From the NCBI GenBank assembly GCA_965248435.1, contig OZ252100.1, forward strand, positions 2,144,001 through 2,208,000: a DNA stretch of 64,000 nucleotides, in the 5' to 3' direction. The translations under genes were made by a program, and so were the position numbers. The stretch comes from Candidatus Latescibacterota bacterium. Lineage in GTDB: Bacteria; Latescibacterota; UBA2968; GCA-2709665. This document shows, piece by piece, positions 8,980 through 18,447 of this stretch (its first letter is position 1; every line of letters starts with the position of its first letter). The notes under the pieces are model-generated. The model had not been told where the DNA came from. It did not search any database and saw only the letters and a list, made by a program, of their open reading frames with translations.

Positions 8980-10242
8980 CTACTCCTCTTGCGTCGTATC
9001 TGCCTCGGCCGGGATTCGGAGGCCCTCGCCCTCGATAACCCGAATCCGGGCCTGGTCCTTCAATCCGTTCTGTCCGACCACGACGATCCGCTCATCGTGA
9101 GACAGGCCCGAAACCACTTCCAGGTGTTCGCTGTCTTCGAATCCTATCTCCAGCTTGACCTGCTTGGCAATCGTATCATCAACCACGAACACGTGCGGCA
9201 ATCCGTCGTCGTAAACAACGGCACGCTTCGGGACGAGCACGGCTTGATCGTGGGTGGCGGTGATGATATGGGCGTTCACGAACATTCCAGGCCGAAGCTG
9301 TCCATCCTCATCTTCCAGCCCCAGCGTAACCTTGAACGTCCCGCTGCTCGGGTCCACGACCGGACTGATCCGGATAACGCTCGCGGCGAACGCCGCTCCG
9401 GGGAGGAAATCGGTCGTCACCTGAGCGCGCTGCCCGGCGCGCACCTTCATCATCTCTCTCCCGGGGACGAACACGCGAGAGATCAAGTTCTCCATGTTGA
9501 CCATGGCGTAGAGCTTTTCGCTCGGACCGATTCGATCCCCGATCTTGACGATCCGCTCCGCGATCACGCCACCCACAGGTGCGCGCACGCTTGCGTGGGC
9601 CAGCGCCAGCCTGGCCCGCTCCCACACGACCCGGGCCTGGTCCAGGTCGTAGCGCTGCTGTTCATACTCCTCGTTCGAGAGCAGTTTCCGGCTGAACATC
9701 TCTTCCTTTCGCCGGAACTGGCTCTCCAGCTTTTGGAATTTGATCCTGGCCTCGGCCGCGGACAGCTTCAGATCGTCGTCCACGAGCTTGACCAGCACCT
9801 GCCCCCGATCTACGACGTCCCCTTCCTCGACGAGTACGACGCTCACCAGCCCGGTCGCCCGGGCGTAGACGTCCACGGCCTCCTCCGCCTCCACTGTGGC
9901 GCTGAAGAGCAGATAGTCCGAGATCTCGCCAATCGTCACGGGGGACACCTTCACCGGTACCCCTTCGGGCGCCTTTTTGTCCTCTTTTTCCGCAGTCGTG
10001 TCGACCTGAGTCGTATCGGTCTTGGCATCACCCTCCTTCTTCTCCTCTCCCGCCTCCCCCCCACAGGCCGTAAACATCAAGGAGATCAAGAGCAATGCCA
10101 CCAAATGGTTGTCAATCAGCGTGTCCACGCCACGCACGGCCCATCTGATACCCCGCAGGCTTCCCATACTGCGCCTCCTGTCAAAATGTCTTGCTTCCAT
10201 CCCGACTCCCCGGCTTGCGCTTCTCATCTTTGTACCTTTCAA
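8980..10242 (-). CDS. RND periplasmic adaptor (membrane fusion protein)
   Basis: VEEGDVVDRGQVL lipoyl motif, VRAPVGG, PVVDPSSGTF, LRPGMF; lipobox FTAC; true start may be ATG 10227 or 10167. Confidence 0.93.
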   Translation of the reverse strand: MKGTKMRSASRGVGMEARHFDRRRSMGSLRGIRWAVRGVDTLIDNHLVALLLISLMFTACGGEAGEEKKEGDAKTDTTQVDTTAEKEDKKAPEGVPVKVSPVTIGEISDYLLFSATVEAEEAVDVYARATGLVSVVLVEEGDVVDRGQVLVKLVDDDLKLSAAEARIKFQKLESQFRRKEEMFSRKLLSNEEYEQQRYDLDQARVVWERARLALAHASVRAPVGGVIAERIVKIGDRIGPSEKLYAMVNMENLISRVFVPGREMMKVRAGQRAQVTTDFLPGAAFAASVIRISPVVDPSSGTFKVTLGLEDEDGQLRPGMFVNAHIITATHDQAVLVPKRAVVYDDGLPHVFVVDDTIAKQVKLEIGFEDSEHLEVVSGLSHDERIVVVGQNGLKDQARIRVIEGEGLRIPAEADTTQEE

Positions 10243-10348
10243 GAACCAGCCTCTTTGATCTTTTTTCGTGCTGAATTGTTTCAGGACTCATCGGTCCTCG
10301 AACACAACAAAATAGCAACAATCTTGTAGTGGGTGTTCGACTACAACG

Positions 10349-10376
10349 AAAAACGCCATCCAGAAAAGGATGGCGT
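10349..10376 (-). terminator. Intrinsic terminator within leader A
   Basis: Minus strand ACGCCATCC-ttttct-GGATGGCGT-TTTT; identical hairpin at 36433-36456. Confidence 0.85.
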
Positions 10377-10614
10377 CGAACAAACGTCATATCCACCTTC
10401 CCCAGACACGGTTCGGCTCAGCAAAAGCCGAGCCCCGGTGCCCTGGAGAAGGGGTTGCGCAATCTCAAGCGAGGAAAGTCCCACTGGTACTCCGTAATCG
10501 CGGCAAGTATCTCCTCCAGTGCTAGCCGATATGCCAGCGCAGAAGCATCTGATTCAACTTACATACCTCCATTTAACGGTTCCTTTTTCGTGGTCCAGGG
10601 GTCTCAATTTGATG
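10349..10614 (-). promoter_or_regulatory. Structured 5' leader / candidate attenuator (copy A) of the MFP-RND-TolC operon
   Basis: Collinear conserved blocks shared with 36429-36680; uORF 10522-10557; alternative pairings. Confidence 0.65.
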
Positions 10615-10618
10615 GTCT

Positions 10619-10647
10619 AACATACAATCTATCGGGAGCGAAGTCAA
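10619..10647 (-). promoter_or_regulatory. Sigma70-type promoter of leader A
   Basis: TTGACT-17 bp-TATGTT; same hexamers and spacing as 36685-36713. Confidence 0.8.
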
Positions 10648-10851
10648 TATGAATTTCATCCGCTCGGCTACAATTGGAGATAATAAACCATTTGTGTACT
10701 CGGGTCCTCTTCAACGTCGTGAAATTTGTCGGACAACGTTCCTTGCGAGCCTCGCGATCTAGATTATGTGATGAATATATCTTAAAATTAGGAAGCAGAA
10801 CTATTAGAATTGTTTTACATCGGTCGGTCCATACCGTGGACCCTTGCCAGT

Positions 10852-13800
10852 TCAGTCCGCGGGCTCAGGGCCGGGATAGGAGATCACGGCTGGACGCGAA
10901 AAGGCCGTCGCCACGATCCTGCGAAGGTGGCCCCGCAGGTCGTCGAGGTAGGTATAGAAGAGCGGTACCACGAACAGTGTCAGGAACGTCGAGCACAGCA
11001 GCCCTCCGATCATCGCCCGTCCCATCGAAGAATATGGGACGCCCATCAGCGTGCTGGAGCTGAGGGCCATCGGCAGCAGCCCGAACACCGTCGTAAACGT
11101 GGTCATCAGGATGGGGCGAAAGCGGTTGGCGCCCGCCTCGAGTATCGCCTCCATCCTTCCGTGCCCTTCAGCCCTCAGCTGATTGACCCTGTCGATCAGC
11201 ACGATCGCGTTGTTGACGACCAAGCCGATCAGCACGATGATCCCGACCTGAGCCATTCTGTCCATTACTGTATCCGTCAGGAAGAGCGTCCAGTAGACGC
11301 CGAGGAAGGCGAATGGAATGCACAAGAGGACCGAAAACGGCAATATCAAGGATTCAAAGAGCACGCCCATCAGGAGAAACACGCAGACCACCGCCATCAT
11401 CACCGCAAACTTCATGGTTTCTTCCGATTCGATGTACTGCTGAAACCTTTCGCCCTTGTTCCAGCTGTACCCGCGTGGCATGTTAAATCCATCCATCGCG
11501 AGGTCGATTTGACCAAACAGGCGCCTCAAGTCTTTCATTCTGGTATACATCTTCAACGAGGATTGCAACTTCCCGTTTTTTCGCTTGATCCTCTGGTCAC
11601 CCTCTACGACTCTGAGTGACGCAATAGCCGACAAGGGGATCTCTTCGCCGGATCTCGATTGAAAGGTAAATCCTTTGAGCTGCTGAACAGTCTGTATGTC
11701 CATATTTCCCAGGTACAGACGCACGTCAAACTCCCCATTTCCAGATCGGTAGAGAGGGAGCTCCGCACCCAGGAGTTGATAAGCAATACTGCTGGCCACA
11801 ACCCGCGGGGAAACCTCATACCGATGCGCCCTCTCTCTGTCGATCCGGACCTGGATCTCGTCATCCCCGCGCTCCTCGTCGCTATCGATGCCGGTGATCG
11901 CGGGAATACCCCGCATCCGCATCTCGATCTCGCCTCGCAAGCGTTCCAGGGTTTCAAGATCATCTCCCAAAAGTCGAATATGTAAATACTCCCGCGTCTC
12001 AAACTGTCCGCCCAGACTTCCGGCCTCGATCAGTACATCGTGTCCTACGTGCCTAGGAAACGTGCTCATCATGTCCTGGATGAGGTCATTCCTGTTCACG
12101 GGGCTCTCCAGGGGGAAGCCGATCTTGCTTCTGAGACCCCTGTAGATCGGATCCCACCAGGCGTGATTCTCTTCCTTATTTAGATAAAGATAGTAGAACA
12201 GGCGTCGTAATCCCCTTCTTTGATACCGAAACCGCACCGTTCGAATGCCATAGGTTTCCCGCTTGCTGTCCAGGTACTCCTCCACTTCTGCGCCCACCTC
12301 GCTCAGTTCCTCCCACGTGAGAAACTTCGGTGCCGTGCTCCTGACATACACCGTGTTGACGACACCTTGCAGGGCGTCAGACTTTCTCACCCTATCCATC
12401 GGATAGAACGCAGTCGCGAACAGCCCCAGAAGAATCAGTGTGGTGTCCTTCCGGTGGGTAAGCGACCATCCCAGCGCCCCTGCATACGCTCTTCTAGTCC
12501 ATCGAATCGCCCTTGGTTCTTTCTTTACGACCGGTCCGCCGAACCGCTTGGCGGCCATCGGGATGAAAATCAAGGCGACGAGCAACGATCCGACCAAGGC
12601 GGCAACGATCGGCACCCCGATCTTCGACAGGAAGAATGAGAGATCCACGTCCCCGCTCATCACCATCAAGGGCAGAAAGACCACGACGGTCGTCAGCGTG
12701 GCCATAGATATCGCCAATCCCACTTCACTCGCTCCTCGGATAGAGGCCTCGTGCGCGCGCGCTCCTTTCTGACGCATTCTGAAAACGTTCTCGACGATCA
12801 CCGTCGCATTATCAACGACCATCCCGATCGCGACCATCAGCCCCATCATCGTCAACAGGTTCATTGACCAACCCAAGAAATACATCATGGTTACGGCGAT
12901 CATCACCGAGACCGGAATCGCCAGCGCGATCAGCGCGGTTGTTCTGAACGAGCGCAGGAAGAAAAACAGCACGAGCACTGCGAACAACCCGCCCCACAAC
13001 CCTGTGTTTCGCAGATTCCGTATCGATTCCCGGATCAGGTCACCCTGGCTGAAAAGGGTTTCGAACTTGAAATCGCTCCCGTCCTCGATCTGGCTCAGCT
13101 CCGCCTCTACGCGATCACAGACCTCCACGATGTTCGCGCCGGCGTCCCGCAGGATGCCGAGAGTCAGCGCGGGCTGCCCATCTATTCGCTGTCTGCGCTG
13201 GGCCAATGGCACATCATAGAAAACGTCGGCCACTTCCCTCAGCCTCACCGTTCCATTGCGCGCGGGAACAGGGATCTCCCAAAACGCTTCCAGGCTCCGG
13301 TAGCGAGCCAGCGACCGAACATAGAGCTTCTTTCCGCCCTCCAGCACGGTTCCGCCCGCCATCTCGAAGTTGTCCGCCCGGAGCGCCTCTACAAGGCCAT
13401 ACGGATCTACACCACGGGCCCGCATGCGATCCCGGTCAACCTCTATGGCAATCTCCTTTTGCGAGGCCCCCTGGATTCTAACCTGGGCTACGCCGTCGAT
13501 CCGCTCCAACCGATGTTGCACCTGAGACTCTACTGCGTAGTACGGGTCTGTCACACGATCGGGTAGGGAGACACCAACCGAAATGATCTCGCGGTCCGTA
13601 TCTGGATTAAACTTAAAGACCCTGACATTATCCCGATATCGTTCCGGCAGCACCGTCTTCAAGAGTTCGATGCGTTCCACCAGCCTGTTGTACGCCTCCG
13701 ACATATCCGTGCCTTTTTGGAAGGGCAGATACGAATAGGTTCTTCCTTTATCGCTGGCAACCTCGAAGTCGCGAAGGCCCTTTAACGTCCGAAAATGCTC

Positions 13801-14049
13801 CGCCATCGGTCTTCCGATGAGTTCGTCATTTTGATGGGGTGAGGTATTCTGGGGAGTGGAAACCAAGACAAAGAGCCCGGAAGGATCCAGACCCGTAGCG
13901 AAGGCCTGCATCGGGATGCGAACGTATGAGACCAGTCCAACCACCAGCACGGCCACGAGGCACATCGTGACCGTGACTGGGCGCGTCACAGAGATGCGGG
14001 GCAGTAGCGACCCGCTCTCTTTCGGATTGCTATTTGGCATGCGTATCAT
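10852..14049 (-). CDS. RND permease, array paralog 1
   Basis: LLPRISVTRPVTVTMCL, GMVVDNATV, VVNNAIVLID, RFRPILMTT, C-terminal PEPAD. Confidence 0.95.
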   Translation of the reverse strand: MIRMPNSNPKESGSLLPRISVTRPVTVTMCLVAVLVVGLVSYVRIPMQAFATGLDPSGLFVLVSTPQNTSPHQNDELIGRPMAEHFRTLKGLRDFEVASDKGRTYSYLPFQKGTDMSEAYNRLVERIELLKTVLPERYRDNVRVFKFNPDTDREIISVGVSLPDRVTDPYYAVESQVQHRLERIDGVAQVRIQGASQKEIAIEVDRDRMRARGVDPYGLVEALRADNFEMAGGTVLEGGKKLYVRSLARYRSLEAFWEIPVPARNGTVRLREVADVFYDVPLAQRRQRIDGQPALTLGILRDAGANIVEVCDRVEAELSQIEDGSDFKFETLFSQGDLIRESIRNLRNTGLWGGLFAVLVLFFFLRSFRTTALIALAIPVSVMIAVTMMYFLGWSMNLLTMMGLMVAIGMVVDNATVIVENVFRMRQKGARAHEASIRGASEVGLAISMATLTTVVVFLPLMVMSGDVDLSFFLSKIGVPIVAALVGSLLVALIFIPMAAKRFGGPVVKKEPRAIRWTRRAYAGALGWSLTHRKDTTLILLGLFATAFYPMDRVRKSDALQGVVNTVYVRSTAPKFLTWEELSEVGAEVEEYLDSKRETYGIRTVRFRYQRRGLRRLFYYLYLNKEENHAWWDPIYRGLRSKIGFPLESPVNRNDLIQDMMSTFPRHVGHDVLIEAGSLGGQFETREYLHIRLLGDDLETLERLRGEIEMRMRGIPAITGIDSDEERGDDEIQVRIDRERAHRYEVSPRVVASSIAYQLLGAELPLYRSGNGEFDVRLYLGNMDIQTVQQLKGFTFQSRSGEEIPLSAIASLRVVEGDQRIKRKNGKLQSSLKMYTRMKDLRRLFGQIDLAMDGFNMPRGYSWNKGERFQQYIESEETMKFAVMMAVVCVFLLMGVLFESLILPFSVLLCIPFAFLGVYWTLFLTDTVMDRMAQVGIIVLIGLVVNNAIVLIDRVNQLRAEGHGRMEAILEAGANRFRPILMTTFTTVFGLLPMALSSSTLMGVPYSSMGRAMIGGLLCSTFLTLFVVPLFYTYLDDLRGHLRRIVATAFSRPAVISYPGPEPAD

Positions 14050-14055
14050 TTACCT

Positions 14056-14102
14056 GTAGAGACGTCCCGGCGGGGCGTCTCACCCCGGTGGGCCGTTTCT
14101 AC
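14056..14102. repeat. GTAG-type REP-like palindrome (compound)
   Basis: GTAGAGACGTCCCGGCGGGGCGTCTC followed by a partial second copy ending TCTAC. Confidence 0.7.
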
Positions 14103-14105
14103 ACA

Positions 14106-17100
14106 TCAATCCGCCGGCTCAGGGCCGGGATAGGAGATCGCCCCGGGACGCGAAAAGGCCGTCGTCACGATCCTGCGAAGGTGGCCCCGCAGGTCGTCTA
14201 GATAGGTATAGAAGAGCGGCACCACGAACAGCGTTAGAAACGTCGCGCAGAGCAGTCCGCCCATCATCACCCTTCCCATCGAGGAGTAGGGGACACCCAT
14301 CAGCGTGCTTGAAGCGACCGACATCGGCAGCAGGCCGAAGACTGTCGTAAAGGTCGTCATCAGGATCGGCCTGAAACGGTTAGCACCCGCCTCGCGGATC
14401 GCCTCGCCCCTGTCCATGCCCTCCGCCCGCAGGCGGTTGACCATGTCGACGAGCACGATCGCGTTGTTGACAACGACGCCGATCAGCACGATGATCCCTA
14501 CTTGAGCCATCCGGTCCATCACCGTATCCGTCAGGAAGAGCGTCCAGTAGACGCCGAGGAAGGCGAACGGAATGCAGAAGAGGACGGAGAACGGCAGGAT
14601 CAGTGATTCGAAGAGCACGCCCATCAGGAGGAACACACAGGTAATGGCCAGGATGACCGCGAACCGCATCGTCTCCTCCGATTCCTTGAACCTTTCGTAC
14701 CGCTCCCCTTTGTCCCAACTGTAACCGTGCGGCATTTCGAACCCTTCCATCGCCCGATCGATCTCTTCGTAGAAGCGCTTCAGGTCCTCCTTGGTTGTGT
14801 ACATCTTCAGCAGCAGTCGAATCTTCCCGTTCCTCCTTCTGAGGGTCAGGTCTCCCTTCGTCACCTTGAACGACGCAAAGGCAGACAGAGGCACCTCCCT
14901 GCCCGATTCAGACGGAAACGTGAATCCCTTGAGCTGCTTCAGCGTCTGTCGATCCAGCCTCCCCAGGTAGAGCCGAACGTCCACCTCGTGGGCCTCCGAT
15001 CGGTAGCGAGGCAGGTCGACGCCGCCGAGCTGGTAACCAAGGCTCCGCCCCACCACGCGGGGCGAAACGCCGTACTCTCGCGCCCTTACTCGATCGATGA
15101 TTACGTGGACCTCGTCGTCCCCACGCTCCACGTCGCTCGTGATGCCGGTGATCGAGGGGATGCCCTGCATCCGCAGTTCCACTTCACTTCGCAGCTCTGC
15201 CAATGTTTCGAGGTCATCTCCCCACAGGTTGATGTGTGTGTAGGGATCTCCCACGCTGCCTGAGGCAATCGTGTAGTCGATGCCCACGAATTCAGGGAAT
15301 TGCTTGTTCAAATCCTCTATCACCGTCCGCCTGTCCATGCGACTGTCCAATGGGTGCCCGATCATCTCCGCGAGGCCCCGGTAGACCTGATACCACCAGG
15401 CGCGATTGGGCGATTCCTCCAGGTGGAGACGGAAGCGCAGGCGCCCTTTTGAGCTGCGGTTGTAGCGGAATTGCACGTTCCGGATGCCGTAGATCTCCTT
15501 CTTGCTCTCCAGGAACGCCTCGACCTCGGACCCGATGTCGCTCAATTCCTCCCACGACAGGAACTTAGGTGGGTATCCATAGATATAAACCGTGTTGACA
15601 ACACCTCGAAGGGAGTCAGACCGCTTTACATTCTGAACGGGGTAGAACACGGTCAGGAACAGGGCCAGTACGAGGAGGGTGGTGTCCTTTCGGTGGTTCA
15701 GACTCCAATTCAGGGCCCTCGAATACCCGCTTCGTGCCCTCCGGAGGAGACCCGGCTCAAGCTTGACCAGAGATCCACCGAACCGGTTGGCGGCCAGAGG
15801 GATGAAGAGCAGGGCAACGAGGAGAGAGCCGAGAAGGGCGGCCACGATCGGCACACCGATCCTTGCCAGAAAGAAGGAGAGATCGACGTCTCCGCTCATC
15901 ACCATGAGCGGCAAAAAGACCACGACCGTCGTCAGTGTCGCCATCGTGATTGCGAGTCCCACCTCGGTCGCGCCACGCGCCGAGGATTCGTGAGGATCCT
16001 TCCCCCTATCCCGCATTCGGTAAATGTTCTCCACGACGACGATCGCGTTGTCCACGACCATGCCGATCGCGACCATCAGCCCCATCATCGTCAGCAGGTT
16101 CAACGACCAGTCCATGAAATAGAGCGCTGTTACCGCAACCATCACGGAGACCGGAATGGCCAGGGTGATCAGCGCCGTCATCTGCAGGGCGCGCAGGAAG
16201 AACACCAGGACAAGCGCCGCGAAGAGGCCGCCCCAGAGCCCCGTATCCCTCAGGTTTTCAATCGACTCCCGGATCAGTTTTCCCTGGCTGTAGAAGGTGT
16301 TGAATCTGAAATCGGTCTCCGCCTCGATCTGCCTCAATTCGGCCTCGACCCGGTCGCATACATCCACGATATTGGCCCCCGACTCCCGGAATATTCCGAA
16401 CGACAGACTGGGCCTCCCGTCGAGTCGGTAGCGGGAGATGCGTTGTGGCAGATCGTAGAACAGCTTCGCGACCTCACCCAGACGCACCGGACCGCTGCGA
16501 CCGTGGACCAGAATCTGCTCGAACGCTTCCAGGCTCTCGTAGCGGGCCATCGACCGAACAAACAGCCGCTTCTCTCCCTCGAGAACGCTTCCGCCGGCCA
16601 TCTCGAAATTGTCCGCACGGAGGGCCTGCACGAGGTCATAGGAACTGACCCCCCGCATCTGCATACGCTCCCGGTCCACCTCCACGACAAGCACCTTTTG
16701 ACTTGCGCCCCAGATGTACGCCTGTGCCACGCCGTCGATCCGCTCCAACCGGGGCTGCACCAGGAACTGCGCAGCAGCATACCGGTCCTTGACGTGCGGA
16801 GGGACGGTCACCCCCACCCAGAGCACCTCCTCGTCCGAGTCGGGATTGTGCTTCCAGATCCGGATGTCATCCCTGTACCTCTCGGGCAGGACCGCCTTTA
16901 GACGTTCCAGCCGGTCGACCAGCCTGTTGTAGACGAGCGACATGTCCAGCCCTTTTCTGAAATCCAACCTTGCGTAGGTCCGCCAGGTGTCGCTCGTCAC
17001 CCAGAACTCCCGCAATCCCTTCAGCGTTCGCAGATGGGCGACCATGGGTTGACCGATCAGCTCGTCCTTTTCCTGTGGAGAAGTGTTCGGCTCGGTATAG

Positions 17101-17276
17101 ATGTTGACCCAGATCCTCGTCCCTTCCAGGCCGGTCGCGAACGCCTTCATCGGGATCCGCACATACGACACCACGCCGATCGCCAGCAGGGCCACCAGGC
17201 ACATCGTCACCGTGACCGGGCGGGTCACAGAGATGCGCGGCAGAAGAGAGCTTCTATGTTCTTTCTCTTTATTCAT
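14106..17276 (-). CDS. RND permease, array paralog 2
   Basis: Same conserved motifs; 1056 aa. Confidence 0.95.
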   Translation of the reverse strand: MNKEKEHRSSLLPRISVTRPVTVTMCLVALLAIGVVSYVRIPMKAFATGLEGTRIWVNIYTEPNTSPQEKDELIGQPMVAHLRTLKGLREFWVTSDTWRTYARLDFRKGLDMSLVYNRLVDRLERLKAVLPERYRDDIRIWKHNPDSDEEVLWVGVTVPPHVKDRYAAAQFLVQPRLERIDGVAQAYIWGASQKVLVVEVDRERMQMRGVSSYDLVQALRADNFEMAGGSVLEGEKRLFVRSMARYESLEAFEQILVHGRSGPVRLGEVAKLFYDLPQRISRYRLDGRPSLSFGIFRESGANIVDVCDRVEAELRQIEAETDFRFNTFYSQGKLIRESIENLRDTGLWGGLFAALVLVFFLRALQMTALITLAIPVSVMVAVTALYFMDWSLNLLTMMGLMVAIGMVVDNAIVVVENIYRMRDRGKDPHESSARGATEVGLAITMATLTTVVVFLPLMVMSGDVDLSFFLARIGVPIVAALLGSLLVALLFIPLAANRFGGSLVKLEPGLLRRARSGYSRALNWSLNHRKDTTLLVLALFLTVFYPVQNVKRSDSLRGVVNTVYIYGYPPKFLSWEELSDIGSEVEAFLESKKEIYGIRNVQFRYNRSSKGRLRFRLHLEESPNRAWWYQVYRGLAEMIGHPLDSRMDRRTVIEDLNKQFPEFVGIDYTIASGSVGDPYTHINLWGDDLETLAELRSEVELRMQGIPSITGITSDVERGDDEVHVIIDRVRAREYGVSPRVVGRSLGYQLGGVDLPRYRSEAHEVDVRLYLGRLDRQTLKQLKGFTFPSESGREVPLSAFASFKVTKGDLTLRRRNGKIRLLLKMYTTKEDLKRFYEEIDRAMEGFEMPHGYSWDKGERYERFKESEETMRFAVILAITCVFLLMGVLFESLILPFSVLFCIPFAFLGVYWTLFLTDTVMDRMAQVGIIVLIGVVVNNAIVLVDMVNRLRAEGMDRGEAIREAGANRFRPILMTTFTTVFGLLPMSVASSTLMGVPYSSMGRVMMGGLLCATFLTLFVVPLFYTYLDDLRGHLRRIVTTAFSRPGAISYPGPEPAD

Positions 17277-17296
17277 CGCCCTTGATTATTTGATAT

Positions 17297-18351
17297 CCCG
17301 AGTTCAATAAGGAAGTGCAACACTTAGGGTAGCAACTGTCCTATCCTAAGTGTATGGGAAACAATTACAAGCATCTTACGATAGACGAACGCGAGCAGAT
17401 TGCGCTTTGTCGAGCCACTGGTGCAAGCCTTAGAGATATTGCCAAGGCCCTTGACCGGAGCGCCAGCACGATTTCAAGAGAGTTGAAACGTAATCCGTCC
17501 CCGATAGCTGAGAGTTACTCGGGCCTCCAGGCTCACAGAAGGGCTGAGAAACGTAAGCGGGAGGCCGGCAAGCGGAAACGGCTGAAGAATCCGGTTATCC
17601 GGCGATATGTCGAGACCAAACTCAAGCAAGGATGGTCTCCCGAGTTGATCGCTGGGAGGCTTCCCGAGGAGCGTCCGAGCGCGGGTATCAGCCACGAAGC
17701 CATCTACCAGTATATCTACGATCCAAAGGTGCACAAGCAGCGGGATCTGGTTGCTTGCTTATCCCGAGCTCACAAAAAACGAAAGCCGCGGTGGCATACC
17801 CGAAAACACCGGGAAAGCCACATTCCAGGCCGTATTTCGATCGATCGACGTCCCCGTTACATCGAAAAACGGAAACAACCTGGCCACTGGGAATCCGACA
17901 CCATCATCTCTCGTGAGAGCAAACAGGCCGTTGGCGCTTGTCTTGAGCGATCGTCGAGATACCTACACCTGGCTAAGCTGGCAAAGAACGGACCCTCGGA
18001 GGTCGCCGAAGCGATTAATCGACGCCTTGGGCGACATCCTCCCCACATGAGGAAGAGCATCACATATGACAACGGATCCGAAAACGGCCAACATCAACGG
18101 GTCAACGAGGTGCTTGGCACCAAATCCTATTTCTGCAAACCGTTCCACAGCTGGGAGCGAGGCGCTGTGGAAAACGCTATCGGTCTGGTCCGCAGATACC
18201 TCCCCAAGAAGACAGACTTCTCAAAGGTCAGCAAACACGAGTTAAAGAAAATTCAGAACCGGATCAACAACCGACCAAGAAAATGTCTTAACTTCAAAAC
18301 ACCAGCTGAAGTCTTCAAGTCCAAGTGTTGCACTTAGTCATTGAATCCAGC
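17297..18351 (+). mobile_element. IS30-family insertion sequence
   Basis: Imperfect terminal inverted repeats sharing TTCAAT-N4-AAGTGCAACACTT; TAT on both flanks (3-bp target duplication); lower GC. Confidence 0.88.
17354..18337 (+). CDS. IS30-family transposase
   Basis: YKHLTIDER..IA..LDRSASTISRELKRN HTH; WSPELIAG; GHWESDT, ITYDNGSE, WERGAVEN, INNRPRKCL. Confidence 0.95.
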   Translation: MGNNYKHLTIDEREQIALCRATGASLRDIAKALDRSASTISRELKRNPSPIAESYSGLQAHRRAEKRKREAGKRKRLKNPVIRRYVETKLKQGWSPELIAGRLPEERPSAGISHEAIYQYIYDPKVHKQRDLVACLSRAHKKRKPRWHTRKHRESHIPGRISIDRRPRYIEKRKQPGHWESDTIISRESKQAVGACLERSSRYLHLAKLAKNGPSEVAEAINRRLGRHPPHMRKSITYDNGSENGQHQRVNEVLGTKSYFCKPFHSWERGAVENAIGLVRRYLPKKTDFSKVSKHELKKIQNRINNRPRKCLNFKTPAEVFKSKCCT

Positions 18352-18370
18352 TATTGGATATTGCTTCAAG

Positions 18371-18438
18371 GCCCTCACCACCGGCCCCTCTCCCATATAT
18401 GGGAGAGGGATGCCGAGCGAAGCGAGGCAGGGTGAGGG
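18371..18438. repeat. REP-like palindrome of CCCTCACC..CCCTCTCCC..GGGAGAGGG..GGTGAGGG type
   Basis: Nested inverted repeats read directly. Confidence 0.6.
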
Positions 18439-18447
18439 CCCCTCCTT

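Noticed and set aside
10349-10647. Known riboswitch, T-box, 6S RNA or retron msr-msd identity for the leader
   Set aside because: No consensus motifs recognised by eye and no reverse transcriptase in the window; an Rfam search is still needed.
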